Origin: Candidatus Jorgensenbacteria bacterium
GTDB lineage: Bacteria > Patescibacteriota > Minisyncoccia > UBA6257 > GWB1-50-10
Assembly: GCA_030648515.1 (NCBI GenBank)
Contig: JAUSHK010000005.1
Location: 162,895-226,894 of the forward strand
Direction: 5' to 3'
Length of the DNA: 64,000 nt
Program-made: the position numbers and the translations under genes
In this document: positions 22,841 through 33,375 of the stretch, in pieces
Numbering within the stretch: position 1 is the stretch's first letter
Layout: each line of letters starts with the position of its first letter
Notes under the pieces: model-generated
Database searches by the model: none
What the model saw: only the letters and a program-made list of their open reading frames with translations
Told to the model about the DNA's origin: nothing

Positions 22841-23710
22841 TTAAATCTGTGTTCTATTAAACAAACGCAGTTTTTTCTCTATCACCTTTTCCATTTCTCC
22901 AACAACATCCGCCATTACTTTATACGGCGCAACTTCGTTTTTATTTTCTTCTAGTTCATGCTCAACTCCGCTGCGCCACGCGGCGCGCAATTCCGTTGAA
23001 ATGTGAATTATGGAAATGCCGGCGTCAATCGCGGAAATAAAATCTTCATCCGATATTCCCGAACCGCCGTGTAAAACTAATGGGATATTTACCGATTGTT
23101 TTATCGCGCGAATGCGCGGAATATCAAGCCGCGGATTCGGCGCGTTCTTGAACATCCCGTGGACGTTCCCGACTGCCGGCGCAAGCAAGTCAATACTGGT
23201 TTCTTTTACAAATTTTTGAGCGTCTTCCGGCTTCGTAAAACTTTCGGCGGATATCGCGGCGTCTTCCGGCAATTTTTCCAAAATCTCAGACCCTCCGCCG
23301 ATATACCCGAGTTCTCCCTCAACTAAAACATCCGACGCGATAGATTTTGCAACATGGATTGCTTCTTGTGTTTGTTTTATATTCTCATCAAGTGGTAATT
23401 TTCCGCCGTCAAAAAGAACCGCGTCAAATCCCGCTTCAACTGCCTCGCGGACTTTTTCTGTTGAATGCGTGTGGTCGGCATTCAAGTATATTTCTAAGCC
23501 CTCATTTCGGAAGCTTTCAATAAGCGCAACCACTTGATCAACGCCTATAAATTCGCGTTCGCCTTCCGAAACGCCCACAATAACAGAAACATTCAGTTTC
23601 CTTACGACGCCAACAATTGCATTTAATTGCTCAAGGTTTGACACATTAAAATGTCCGATGGCAATTTTTTTCTTCTCCGCGTCTTTTATAACCTCGGCAA
23701 GGCTTCTCAT
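22841..23710 (-). CDS. fba: Class II fructose-bisphosphate aldolase
   Basis: NADH, VEGELG, AVGNVHG, LVLHGGSG motifs. Confidence 0.93.
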   Translation of the reverse strand: MRSLAEVIKDAEKKKIAIGHFNVSNLEQLNAIVGVVRKLNVSVIVGVSEGEREFIGVDQVVALIESFRNEGLEIYLNADHTHSTEKVREAVEAGFDAVLFDGGKLPLDENIKQTQEAIHVAKSIASDVLVEGELGYIGGGSEILEKLPEDAAISAESFTKPEDAQKFVKETSIDLLAPAVGNVHGMFKNAPNPRLDIPRIRAIKQSVNIPLVLHGGSGISDEDFISAIDAGISIIHISTELRAAWRSGVEHELEENKNEVAPYKVMADVVGEMEKVIEKKLRLFNRTQI

Positions 23711-24711
23711 AATTTATTTACTTTTATTGCTAATTTTTTCCATCGCGCATCGTGATACTCACGCTTATGCAAAATTCCCTTCTGCGCTCCAACATATTCC
23801 ACGACGGACGCCGAATTCGCCATTCCCATGCGAATTGCTTCCTCGATGCTTTTTGTTTTCATTATGCCAACCACGAATGCCGAGCTGAACGCATCGCCTG
23901 CGCCTGTGCTGTCAATAAATTTTTCTTTATGGAAAGCGGGGGATTCAAATATATTCGAACCGTCCGACACAAACGCGCCTTTCTTTCCGTCAGTCATAAC
24001 CGCGATGCCGGGCACGATATCGTCAAACTTTTTAAAAATCCCGCGCGTGTTTTCATATGAAACGCCGGTTATACGCGACGCCTCCTCGCGGTTTACGAGA
24101 ACGATGTCAACTTCATGCAGTATTTTGTGCAGTTTTGCTTTCGGAAGCGCGATGTAGTGTTTTGAAGGATTAAATGCAATGAATGTATTGTTTTTCTTTA
24201 ATGTCGCGACGATTTTTTCAATTACAGGAAATGAAATTCCTCCTGGGGCGATATATGCCCATTTTGCGTTTAGTTTACTGAAGGGTACTTCTCTTTCTTC
24301 TAAAGATTCGGATGCTCCGCGATATACAAGAATTGTGCGTTCTCCGCCTGACGAGAGAAGAATGGTTGAATATGCCGTTCTGCGCTTCGCATCGCGAACT
24401 ACAAATGCTTCAATTTTTTCTTTTTTTAACGATGAAGTTATTTCGTCTCCGGATGGGTCATTTCCTATTCGAATGAGCGACGCCGTTTTTAACCCGTATC
24501 GCGCGAAGGTAACCGCGGTATTCGTCGCTCCGCCACCGACGGTAATTTCCGCGTCCTCAATCTCAATTTTTGAGCCAAGAGCGAAGCATTCCGCCTCGCC
24601 TGTTATAAATCCGAGCTTTTCAAGATGCTTCTTGGCACGCAAAATTTTAAAAAGTTTGCTTTTTAAAAATACATCACGCGTTGCGGTTCCGATGGTTATA
24701 ATGTCGAACAT
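23707..24711 (-). CDS. PfkB family carbohydrate kinase
   Basis: GGGATNTA, NREEA, DSTGAGDAF. Confidence 0.92.
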   Translation of the reverse strand: MFDIITIGTATRDVFLKSKLFKILRAKKHLEKLGFITGEAECFALGSKIEIEDAEITVGGGATNTAVTFARYGLKTASLIRIGNDPSGDEITSSLKKEKIEAFVVRDAKRRTAYSTILLSSGGERTILVYRGASESLEEREVPFSKLNAKWAYIAPGGISFPVIEKIVATLKKNNTFIAFNPSKHYIALPKAKLHKILHEVDIVLVNREEASRITGVSYENTRGIFKKFDDIVPGIAVMTDGKKGAFVSDGSNIFESPAFHKEKFIDSTGAGDAFSSAFVVGIMKTKSIEEAIRMGMANSASVVEYVGAQKGILHKREYHDARWKKLAIKVNKL

Positions 24712-24712
24712 T

Positions 24713-25705
24713 CTATTTTTTCCGTTTCAAAACTTTTTTGACCGCTTTCACGATATCCCGCGTGGTGAGGCCGTATTTTTTCATGAGGTCGTCCGGATTC
24801 CCTGATTCGCCGAACGTGTCATGGATTCCGACCATCTCAATCGGAAGCGGAAAATGTTTTGCGAACAGTTCCGCGATTGCGCCTCCGAGTCCCCCGCTTA
24901 TCTGATGCTCTTCCGCGGTTACCATTGCTTTTGTCTGCTTTCCATATTTCAAAAGCGTTGCTTCATCTAACGGCTTTATTGTGTGAATGTTTAAAACAAT
25001 TGCGCCGATTTTTTCTTTTTCAAGCTCGCGCGCGGCGAGAAGCGCTTGGTAGACCATTGTCCCGCACGCGGCAATCGTTACACTCGGTCTAGTGGATTCC
25101 CAAAACACTTCTGCTTTTGCCGGAGTGAACGGCGTGTCATTAGTTGTAACCACCGGCGTTTTCTCGCGCGCAAACCGGATATATACCGGACCCATAATAT
25201 GCGCCGCGGCTTCCGTTGCTTTTTTCGCTTCAATCGCATCGCACGGAACAAATACTTTCATATTCGGCATTACGCGCATAATTGCAATATCCTCCGTCGC
25301 TTGATGTGTTGCGCCGTCCGGACCCACTGATATGCCGGCGTGATGCCCCGCGATTTTCACATTCGCGTCATTATACGCAATCGTCGTGCGAATTTGTTCC
25401 CAGTTTCTGCCTGGGGAAAACACCGCGTATGAAGAAACGAACGGAATCTTTCCCGAAATGCCGAGGCCCGCCGCGATTGTCGCGAGATTTTGCTCCGCAA
25501 CGCCAACCTCAAAAAACCGCTCCGGAAACCTTTTCGCAAACTCTTCGCACCGCGTTGATTCGCGCAAATCAGCCGAGAGCGCGACAATATTTTTATTTTC
25601 TCCGCCGGCAATTACCAACCCTTCGCCGTAGCCGTCCCGAATGGCTTTCATTTCCACATCATCCTTGAATAACCCGCTATTTAATTTTGCCTCTTTATTT
25701 AACAT
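24713..25705 (-). CDS. Transketolase, C-terminal subunit
   Basis: GVAEQN, GPDGATHQ, EEHQISGGLG. Confidence 0.93.
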   Translation of the reverse strand: MLNKEAKLNSGLFKDDVEMKAIRDGYGEGLVIAGGENKNIVALSADLRESTRCEEFAKRFPERFFEVGVAEQNLATIAAGLGISGKIPFVSSYAVFSPGRNWEQIRTTIAYNDANVKIAGHHAGISVGPDGATHQATEDIAIMRVMPNMKVFVPCDAIEAKKATEAAAHIMGPVYIRFAREKTPVVTTNDTPFTPAKAEVFWESTRPSVTIAACGTMVYQALLAARELEKEKIGAIVLNIHTIKPLDEATLLKYGKQTKAMVTAEEHQISGGLGGAIAELFAKHFPLPIEMVGIHDTFGESGNPDDLMKKYGLTTRDIVKAVKKVLKRKK

Positions 25706-25709
25706 ATGA

Positions 25710-26570
25710 TTATTCGTGCTCTGATTTTATTCTATTTCCAAGCGTGCGAAGTTCTGAAATTGCTTTTCTCGCCTCGTCTTTTGTCGGCGGCTTTCCGTGC
25801 CAGCGGTAATCCTGTTCCATAAAATCAACGCCTTTTCCCGGAATCGTGTGGGCGATTATCGCCGTCGGCGCTTCGTAGACCGCCTGTGCTTCACGAATCG
25901 CATCAATGATTTGTTCAATATTATGCCCGTCAATTTCCAAAACGTGCCAGCGGAACGCCTCGTATTTTTTGCGCAATGATTCAAGCGGCATTATATCTTC
26001 CGTAAACCCGCTGATCTGGATGTTGTTGCGGTCAATAATCGCCGTGAGGTTTGCGAGCCGGCGTTTTCCCGCAAACATAATCGCTTCCCATGTGTTGCCT
26101 TCCTGGTGTTCCGCGTCCGACATCATGCAATAGATCTGCCGGCGCGATTTATCCAATTCCGCCGCGAGCGTCATGCCGATTGCCTGTGAGAGGCCGCTTC
26201 CTAAGGGGCCTGACGTTGTTTCAATTCCTGGGATGGACCCGCGGTGCGGGTGCCCTTGAAGCCGCGAATTGATTTTTCGGAGCGTTTTGAGTTCTTCAAT
26301 CGGAAAATACCCCGCAAGCGCAAGCGCGGCATATTGCACTGGGCAGATGTGGCCGTTTGAAACAACTAATCTGTCGCGCTCGCTCCAGTGCGGATTTTTG
26401 GGGTCGTGTTTTAAAATATGAAAATAGAGCGCGGAAAAAATATCCGCCATTCCTAATGGTCCGGCGGAATGTCCGGAACCGGCCTCAACCAACATTTCAA
26501 CAATGTGTTCGCGAATCCTGTTTGCGGTTAATTCAAGATATCTTGTCTTCTTTTCTGTGAGTGAGTCCAT
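25710..26570 (-). CDS. Transketolase, N-terminal subunit
   Basis: GSGH, RDRLVVSNGH, LQGHP, SDAEHQEG, HTIPGKG. Confidence 0.93.
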   Translation of the reverse strand: MDSLTEKKTRYLELTANRIREHIVEMLVEAGSGHSAGPLGMADIFSALYFHILKHDPKNPHWSERDRLVVSNGHICPVQYAALALAGYFPIEELKTLRKINSRLQGHPHRGSIPGIETTSGPLGSGLSQAIGMTLAAELDKSRRQIYCMMSDAEHQEGNTWEAIMFAGKRRLANLTAIIDRNNIQISGFTEDIMPLESLRKKYEAFRWHVLEIDGHNIEQIIDAIREAQAVYEAPTAIIAHTIPGKGVDFMEQDYRWHGKPPTKDEARKAISELRTLGNRIKSEHE

Positions 26571-26695
26571 TAGAAATAATTATACCATTGTAATAACCTC
26601 CTCTATGCACTCACGTGAGTGGTTTCCTGGTAAAGTAAAAACCCCGCATCAATAAATTGACGCGGGGAAATAAATCAGTTTCTTATTATTCCTAT

Positions 26696-27103
26696 TTAAA
26701 TGAAACGATCTACTGCATTTGCAATTAGGATAAATGATTCGGCGCCGGTCGGCCACAAGTGACGAAAATTAGTTTCCAGGCCTACAATCGTGACTTCTTC
26801 TCCTCTAGAGGAGAACCGTTTGAATTTCCCTTTCTTGCTTTTAGGACGTATCACTATGTCAAAATCTCCATTATCAGAAGGGTTTGTTTTCGGATGGTAG
26901 AAGTAATATTCACACCTATCTCCAACGCCTCCAAAATCAACTTTCACAAATGCATATCCTAGGCATTTAAAACGCTCGCCATTCTTAATAATTTTTGGAG
27001 CTCGAAAAGCCGTCTCAAGCGTCTCAAGAAGCGACTCAAATGAATTAGCTTCGTATTCGACTTCATGCGGAAATTTTAGATTTACTAACATGAAAGTTTC
27101 CAT
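26696..27103 (-). CDS. Orphan hypothetical protein in a stand-alone cassette
   Basis: SD GAAAGGAG (27110-27117), promoter TTGACT-N17-TATTTT (27159-27187), terminator 26642-26667. Confidence 0.75.
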   Translation of the reverse strand: METFMLVNLKFPHEVEYEANSFESLLETLETAFRAPKIIKNGERFKCLGYAFVKVDFGGVGDRCEYYFYHPKTNPSDNGDFDIVIRPKSKKGKFKRFSSRGEEVTIVGLETNFRHLWPTGAESFILIANAVDRFI

Positions 27104-27213
27104 TACATACTCCTTTCTTGCTGTTTTGGGATTTGTTAATTACAACTAAACTATTTAAAAAATAGCACAGTATCTATTTATAGTCAAGTTTTTAGAGCCT
27201 AGCTCTTAACCTT

Positions 27214-28818
27214 CTATTGTTTCAGCGCCGCGCCGATAAATCCTAAAAACAGCGGGTGCGGTTCAAGGAAACGCGATTTGAATTCAGGATGCGCCTGCGT
27301 CGCGACGAAAAACGGATGGCCAGGAAGTTCAATGAAGTCAACGAGCCGCGCGTCTGATTTCGCAAAACCGGAAAAAACGAGTCCGTTCTTTTCGAGCGCC
27401 GCGTGATATTTCGGATTTACTTCGTAGCGATGGCGGTGGCGCTCGGCGATTTCCTGTTTTCCATATAATTTCGCGACAAGCGTCCCCTTTTTCGCCCGCA
27501 CTTTCCAGCTCCCGAGGCGCATCGTGCCGCCAAGATTTTTTACATCTTTTTGCTCCGCTAAAATATCAACAACCGGATGCGGCGTTTTCACATCAAATTC
27601 GGTGCTGTTCGCGCCCTTGAGTCCGCATTTGTTCCGCGCAAATTCAATCACCGCGGTTTGAAGACCGAGGCATAATCCCAAAAACGGAATCTTATGTTCG
27701 CGGGCATATTGGATTGCCGCGATTTTCCCTTCAACGCCGCGCTTTCCGAAACCGCCCGGAACTAAAATGCCGCGGGCATCCTTGAGCATGTCCCCAACAT
27801 TGTCGTTTTCCGCGTCAATGTGGACTATTTCAATTTTCGCCCCGTGCGCGATGCCCGCTGAAAAAAGCGCCTCCTCAACAGATATATATGCGTCCGAGTG
27901 CTCAGTGTATTTTCCGACCAATGCGATTTTGATATGCTTTCGCATTGATTTCACGCGCTGGATTGCGTGCCGCCACTCTACAAAATCCGGCTTTTTGGGC
28001 CGCACACCGATTTCTTCTAAAATAAGGTCGTCTAAACGCGCTTTTTTGAAATTGAGCGGAGCTTCGTACACAGTTGTCGCAACATCAATGCCCTGAATAA
28101 TGTGATTTTGGGGAACGCTCGTGAATAGAGAAATTTTTTCCTGGTTGTCTTTTGAGAGCGGGCGCTTGCACCGGACGATTAAAAAGTTCGGCTGGATTCC
28201 TTTTGAGCGAAGAAGCGCGACTGATTGCTGAATCGGCTTTGTTTTGCTTTCATCGGACGGAAAGATGTAATCAATTTTCACAACCTGCACGAATTTCACG
28301 TTCTCGCTTCCGTAGTCGCGGTGAATCTGCCGCGCCGCTTCAAGGAACGGCTCGCCTTCAATGTCACCGACCGTGCCGCCGATTTCAATAATAGTAATAT
28401 CGGGCTTGTGCTTCCGCGACGCCGTGATAATCCGCCGTTTGATTTCATCCGTCACGTGCGGAATCACCTGAATCGTTCTTCCTAAGAAATCTCCGCGGCG
28501 CTCCAAGTCCATCACGTGAGCGTAGACAGAACCGGACGTAAAATTTGAGTCCCGCGTGAGACTCAAACCAGTGAAACGTTCATAGTGCCCGAGGTCAAGA
28601 TCGGTTTCCGCGCCATCATCCGTCACAAACACCTCGCCGTGCTGGTACGGATTCATCGTGCCCGCGTCTTTATTTAAATATGGATCTGCTTTTATCGGCA
28701 GAACCGAAATGCCACGCGATTGCAGAAGGCTCGTGATTGAAGCAACAGTAACTCCTTTTCCGATTCCCGACACGATTCCGCCAAGCACAAAAATAAATTT
28801 TTGATTTTGTTTAGGCAT
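27214..28818 (-). CDS. pyrG: CTP synthase
   Basis: GGIVSGIGKG, DPYLNKDAGTMNPYQHGEVFV, GLCLG, HPEF; start at MPKQNQKF. Confidence 0.98.
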   Translation of the reverse strand: MPKQNQKFIFVLGGIVSGIGKGVTVASITSLLQSRGISVLPIKADPYLNKDAGTMNPYQHGEVFVTDDGAETDLDLGHYERFTGLSLTRDSNFTSGSVYAHVMDLERRGDFLGRTIQVIPHVTDEIKRRIITASRKHKPDITIIEIGGTVGDIEGEPFLEAARQIHRDYGSENVKFVQVVKIDYIFPSDESKTKPIQQSVALLRSKGIQPNFLIVRCKRPLSKDNQEKISLFTSVPQNHIIQGIDVATTVYEAPLNFKKARLDDLILEEIGVRPKKPDFVEWRHAIQRVKSMRKHIKIALVGKYTEHSDAYISVEEALFSAGIAHGAKIEIVHIDAENDNVGDMLKDARGILVPGGFGKRGVEGKIAAIQYAREHKIPFLGLCLGLQTAVIEFARNKCGLKGANSTEFDVKTPHPVVDILAEQKDVKNLGGTMRLGSWKVRAKKGTLVAKLYGKQEIAERHRHRYEVNPKYHAALEKNGLVFSGFAKSDARLVDFIELPGHPFFVATQAHPEFKSRFLEPHPLFLGFIGAALKQ

Positions 28819-28831
28819 ATTTGCGTGCGCG

Positions 28832-29467
28832 TTAAGCTGCCTCAAGTTTTCTATAACTTTCGAGCGGATTTTGGCTTTCGAAAATGTACGATCCAACAAC
28901 TACACTGTCGGCACCGGCTTTTCTAACTTCGGGAATTATCTCGGGCGTAATTCCTCCATCGGTTTCTATCGTAGCACTGGGAAAATGTTCGCGCAAAAAG
29001 GAAATCTTCCCGAGCGCAGAACGATTGAACACTTGGCCCGACGGCCCCGGAGGAACGGCAAGAACCTGGATAAAAGTTATGTATTCTCCATACGGAATGA
29101 GGGTTTCGGGCGCCGTGTCCGGCGCGATTGCGAAGCCGATTTCGCTCTCGTGAAGCTCGGCGTCAAGCGTTTTTATATCCACAGGTCCCGGGTGGACAAT
29201 AATTCGTTCCGCTCCAATACGCATCCATTGTGTCGCGCGGTCAAGTACGTTTTTTGCCATAATATGCACCTCAAGGTGCACATGGCGCGGGCAATGCATG
29301 GCAAGTAATTTCTTGAATTCTTCCGGCTCGTCCCACGTTGAAATATGCGCAAAATCTTTTTCCGCTACATCAATATGCACCCAGTCCGACGGCAATGTTG
29401 CGAGAATTTTTATTCTGTTTTCAGCGCATGCCTTATCCGCACAATTGATGGAAGGGATGATTTTCAT
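28832..29467 (-). CDS. rpe: Ribulose-phosphate 3-epimerase
   Basis: IIPSI, HIDV, EVHIM, PGPSGQ, DGG, VVGS. Confidence 0.9.
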   Translation of the reverse strand: MKIIPSINCADKACAENRIKILATLPSDWVHIDVAEKDFAHISTWDEPEEFKKLLAMHCPRHVHLEVHIMAKNVLDRATQWMRIGAERIIVHPGPVDIKTLDAELHESEIGFAIAPDTAPETLIPYGEYITFIQVLAVPPGPSGQVFNRSALGKISFLREHFPSATIETDGGITPEIIPEVRKAGADSVVVGSYIFESQNPLESYRKLEAA

Positions 29468-29472
29468 AAAAA

Positions 29473-29952
29473 TTATAATCCGCGGTCATGCTTTATTTCG
29501 GCGACCACTGTTTCAATGTGATCAATTTTGCGAAGGCGGTTTTTGTGCCGCTCATCTTCAGAAAACGGCGTTTCGAGCCATGTGGATATGATTTTTATAG
29601 CATCTTCCGGCTCAATATAATTTGCGCCGAGTGAAAGGATGTTTGAATTGTCGTCAGCGCGGCTATCAAATGCCTGATTCGGGGTTCCGGCAAGCGCCGA
29701 ACGGACGTGCGGAAATTTATTCGCCACGATATCAACGCCAACACCGGAACCACAGAATAAAATTCCCCTGCCGCGTTCAAAATCAACGCTTACTTTTTGC
29801 GCAACTTTTTGCGCAAAGTCCGGATAGTCGTCGGATTCGTCATACACTGCGTTTCCTAAATCCACCACCGGATACCCGCGATCAAGCAGAACTTGTTTTA
29901 CGTGCTCTTTTAATTGAAATCCGCGGTGGTCCGCGCCGAGATAGATAACCAT
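29473..29952 (-). CDS. rpiB: Ribose-5-phosphate isomerase B
   Basis: GADHRG, DYPD, CGSGVG, ANK, RHKNR. Confidence 0.95.
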   Translation of the reverse strand: MVIYLGADHRGFQLKEHVKQVLLDRGYPVVDLGNAVYDESDDYPDFAQKVAQKVSVDFERGRGILFCGSGVGVDIVANKFPHVRSALAGTPNQAFDSRADDNSNILSLGANYIEPEDAIKIISTWLETPFSEDERHKNRLRKIDHIETVVAEIKHDRGL

Positions 29953-29959
29953 GGTTCCA

Positions 29960-30994
29960 TTATAGCCCAACGGCTTCTGGCTGGAAATCACCATTTAGTT
30001 GAATTTTCATTTGGCTTAATTCCGCTATTTTATTTCCTTTAATATCTACTTTTAAAAGCAAGCCCTCCATTGTTTCTTTTGAGAAATACTGGTCAAAAAC
30101 GAAATTCCCTAAACTATACGCAATCCATCCGTTTTTGTACTGCTCAACTTCCTGGACCACGTGCGGATGGTGTCCAATTATCAAATCGCCGCCGGCATCA
30201 ATCATTGCGTGGGCTATCACTTGCTGTTCTTCTGATGATTTCGTTTCATATTCATTCCCCCAGTGAAATGAAATAGCCACAATATCAGCTTCTGTACGGA
30301 GATGGCGCACATTTTCTTCTGCGGAGGCGAGTGAAAACTTACTTGTTTCTGCCTGCGCTATGCCTGCGCACGCAGGAGGCGTGCCTGCACACGTTTCAGT
30401 CGCCAGTCCGCCAGCTGACGGATTCGGCTGATACACAAGCGTGTACGCGAGAAAACCGATTTTGATTCCGTTCGCGTTTATGATAATCGACGCGTTCGCT
30501 TCTTCACTGTCTTTTCCGGCGCCCACAGTACGGATTCCGCGGCCCGATAATATATTTATTGTTTCAAGGAGCGCGCCGCTTCCCCAATCCATGTTGTGAT
30601 TATTCGCGAGCGAAAGGATATCAAATCCGGCAAATGAGAGTCCTTCCGCGGCCTGAGGCGCCGCTCTAAACGAAAAATAATTTCCTTGGTCTTCCCCGCC
30701 AGCAGCTATCAGACTTTCCAAATTTCCGAACGCCACATCCGCCACCTGGATTATCGGCGCGATATTTCGAAACGGAAAAATGAAATCGCCGGACGAAGCA
30801 ATCCTTCTTCCTACCGCGCGCGAAAGCATAATGTCCCCAACGGCGACAAGCGTTGCTTCCGGCTCGGCCTCAACCGCGAGCGCCGATGCCCGAAGCGGAA
30901 CTACTTCGCCTTGCGGGCGTATTTCATGAAACAAACCGGCGCCCGAGAAAAACCCGAGCGCCAATCCGATAATTACAACAATTAACGCCCGCAT
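29960..30994 (-). CDS. CapA (PGA_cap) family metallophosphoesterase-fold protein
   Basis: VGDIML, GNLE, LANNH, HWGNE, GHHPH, YSLGNF. Confidence 0.92.
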   Translation of the reverse strand: MRALIVVIIGLALGFFSGAGLFHEIRPQGEVVPLRASALAVEAEPEATLVAVGDIMLSRAVGRRIASSGDFIFPFRNIAPIIQVADVAFGNLESLIAAGGEDQGNYFSFRAAPQAAEGLSFAGFDILSLANNHNMDWGSGALLETINILSGRGIRTVGAGKDSEEANASIIINANGIKIGFLAYTLVYQPNPSAGGLATETCAGTPPACAGIAQAETSKFSLASAEENVRHLRTEADIVAISFHWGNEYETKSSEEQQVIAHAMIDAGGDLIIGHHPHVVQEVEQYKNGWIAYSLGNFVFDQYFSKETMEGLLLKVDIKGNKIAELSQMKIQLNGDFQPEAVGL

Positions 30995-30997
30995 CGC

Positions 30998-32011
30998 TTA
31001 TGGGAGATGTGAAATGTGCTTCAGTAACGCTGAAACGTATCCCATTTCGTTGTCGTACCATGACAAAACTTTTACGAGGTTTCCATCCACTACCTTTGTA
31101 AAACTCAAATCAATAATTGCCGGGTACGGTTCGCCGACGATGTCGGAGGAAACAATCTGGTCTTCCACAATTTTTATAATGCCCTGCCATCGCGGGTCTA
31201 CCGCCGCCTTTTTGAATATCCCGTTTATTTCCTCAACAGATGTAGGCCGTTTTGCGATAAATGTTATGTCGGCAATTGACCCCGTCGGAACCGGCACGCG
31301 CATTGCAATTCCGTCAAACTTACCGGTTAGTTCTGGAATAACGCGCGCAACTGCAATTGCGGCGCCAGTCGTTGAAGGAATAATGTTCTGCGCCCCAGCA
31401 CGCCCGCGCCTCCAGTCGGAACCCTTAACCGGACTATCAACAATGCTTTGCGTTGCAGTGTATCCGTGCACCGTGGTTAAAATAGCTTTCTCAACGCCAG
31501 GATTCTCTCTCATGATTTCCATGACAGGCGATGCGGCGTTCGTGGTACACGAACCATTAGACGTAATTGCAACATTTTTCGCAGAATCTTCATTTACTCC
31601 GACTAAGACGGTCTGCCCGAGCGTGCCGTCTCCGTCTTTTGCCGGCGCGGTGATAACCACTCGCTTCGCTCCAGCATCAAGATGCGCTTTGGCTTTTTCA
31701 TATGATTCAAACGCTCCCGTTGATTCAACCACCACGTCAATGCCAAGCGAGCCCCACGGCAGTTTCGCTGCATCTTTTTCCTGCGAGAAGGCGATTTCTT
31801 TACCGTCAACAATCAGCTTGGAATCAGAGACGGAAACTGATTTGTCATATCGTCCATACACCGTGTCGTACTGTAAGAGATAGGCAAAATTCTTTAGATC
31901 CCCGAGGTCGTTGATTGCGACGATATCAAATGCCGGGTTCCCAAACACGTAGCGGAAAAACAAGCGACCAATCCTCCCGAAGCCATTAATGGCGATTTTT
32001 TTGGTTTGCAT
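30998..32011 (-). CDS. gap: Glyceraldehyde-3-phosphate dehydrogenase
   Basis: INGFGRIGR, SNGSCTTN, WYDNE. Confidence 0.98.
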   Translation of the reverse strand: MQTKKIAINGFGRIGRLFFRYVFGNPAFDIVAINDLGDLKNFAYLLQYDTVYGRYDKSVSVSDSKLIVDGKEIAFSQEKDAAKLPWGSLGIDVVVESTGAFESYEKAKAHLDAGAKRVVITAPAKDGDGTLGQTVLVGVNEDSAKNVAITSNGSCTTNAASPVMEIMRENPGVEKAILTTVHGYTATQSIVDSPVKGSDWRRGRAGAQNIIPSTTGAAIAVARVIPELTGKFDGIAMRVPVPTGSIADITFIAKRPTSVEEINGIFKKAAVDPRWQGIIKIVEDQIVSSDIVGEPYPAIIDLSFTKVVDGNLVKVLSWYDNEMGYVSALLKHISHLP

Positions 32012-32025
32012 GGTACTAGTATAAA

Positions 32026-32523
32026 TTATTGTTGCGAATTTTGCACAAATGGGCGAATACGAACTACATCCCCTACGCCGGCCCTGAATAGTCCTGTCCT
32101 TCCGGCTTTAAGCTCAAGCACGCGTTTTGCCGGCGCGGGCGGATAGTATGCTTTAAGAAGATTCTGTACAATGCCCGGCTGGGGTTCAACATTTTTAGTT
32201 ATTCCTATAATGACGTCTTTTTCATCTATCCAAACAATATCAATAGGAAACTTCATTCCCTTCATCCAAAACGAGTGTTTCCCGGGCTTATCAAACACAA
32301 ACAACATTCCTTCGTTTACTCCGATGCTTCCCCTGCCGGAGAGCCCCTGCGCGCGGGTTATCGCGTTACTCGCAACTTCCGCGTTAATAAGCTGGTCGCC
32401 GATTTTTATTTCTACCTTGCTTCCGATAGTATCAAGGCTCTTTAAGTACGGTATGCTCGCAACCGCCGCGACAAGCAGTATTCCAATGAGTACGAATGAG
32501 AATTTGAAAAATAGAGAGTCCAT
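32026..32523 (-). CDS. DUF192 family protein
   Basis: GLSGR, GMLFVF, FWMKGMKFPIDIVWI, VLEL. Confidence 0.88.
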   Translation of the reverse strand: MDSLFFKFSFVLIGILLVAAVASIPYLKSLDTIGSKVEIKIGDQLINAEVASNAITRAQGLSGRGSIGVNEGMLFVFDKPGKHSFWMKGMKFPIDIVWIDEKDVIIGITKNVEPQPGIVQNLLKAYYPPAPAKRVLELKAGRTGLFRAGVGDVVRIRPFVQNSQQ

Positions 32524-32530
32524 ATCTTGA

Positions 32531-33007
32531 TTATACACCCGAGCACATTCCGTATACCGCTATACCAAACGCGACGCTTACATTAAGCGATTCTTTCATT
32601 CCATGCATCGGAATTTCAAGAACTTTATCACACGCGCTTAGTACAGACGGCGGAAGCCCCCGCACTTCATTTCCAAACACGAGCGCTATCTTTTTTTGTT
32701 TTGTTTTGAGCCGATTATACGGAACTGAACGAGGCGATTGTTCAATGGCGCATACAAGGTAGCCGTCTTCGCGCAGTTTTTTTATGGTTGATGCCGTTCT
32801 CGCCGCGTACTCCCACGGCACCGTTTTTTCCGCGCCGAGCGAAACTTTTGTAAAGTCCATTCTGAATTTTCCCAACCTGTCTAACGGCGTCGGCGTTATG
32901 CCGGTAAGGTATATTTTTGAAACGCCGACCGCGTCCGCCGTGCGGAAAATGGAGCCGACGTTATGTACGCTCCTGATATTATGCAAAACAGCCACGATGG
33001 TTTTCAT
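32531..33007 (-). CDS. SpoU/TrmH family RNA methyltransferase
   Basis: NVGSIFRTAD, FGNEVRGL, IPMHGMKESLNVSVA. Confidence 0.92.
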   Translation of the reverse strand: MKTIVAVLHNIRSVHNVGSIFRTADAVGVSKIYLTGITPTPLDRLGKFRMDFTKVSLGAEKTVPWEYAARTASTIKKLREDGYLVCAIEQSPRSVPYNRLKTKQKKIALVFGNEVRGLPPSVLSACDKVLEIPMHGMKESLNVSVAFGIAVYGMCSGV

Positions 33008-33087
33008 TGTTGTTCTATTCTACACCAAAAATGATAACCCCCAGGTATTTAATATTAAGTACCGGGGGGTTATAAAAATTTTTGAAT

Positions 33088-33375
33088 CTATATGGCCACG
33101 CGGCGTATTATTCTTTCTTGTGTAGGCGTAAGCCTAACGCGCTCTCCAACTCCTCCAATTCCATGCGGAAGTTCGCGTTTGGATTTCCGTCCTTTCCACT
33201 TTCCTTGACGCCCATTTGTTAAAACTTCCTTTTTAGGGATGGTTTTAAGTACCTCCCGAAGCGTTCCAGGCTGTCCGCAACGTGGGCACTTACCCCTTAG
33301 CGCCTCGCCAAGTTTATAATTGGCTTCTCGTTCTACTACTTCTCCACAATTTGTACACTTTGCCTTATGAGCCAT
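33088..33375 (-). CDS. Small basic zinc-ribbon orphan protein in a stand-alone cassette
   Basis: CTNC and CPRC pairs; SD AAGGAG (33382-33387); terminator hairpin 33034-33073. Confidence 0.7.
   Translation of the reverse strand: MAHKAKCTNCGEVVEREANYKLGEALRGKCPRCGQPGTLREVLKTIPKKEVLTNGRQGKWKGRKSKRELPHGIGGVGERVRLTPTQERIIRRVAI

Noticed and set aside
31014-31883. Long antisense ORFs, e.g. 289 aa opposite gap and 195/239 aa opposite rpoB
   Set aside because: Shadow frames of conserved genes with no recognisable motifs.
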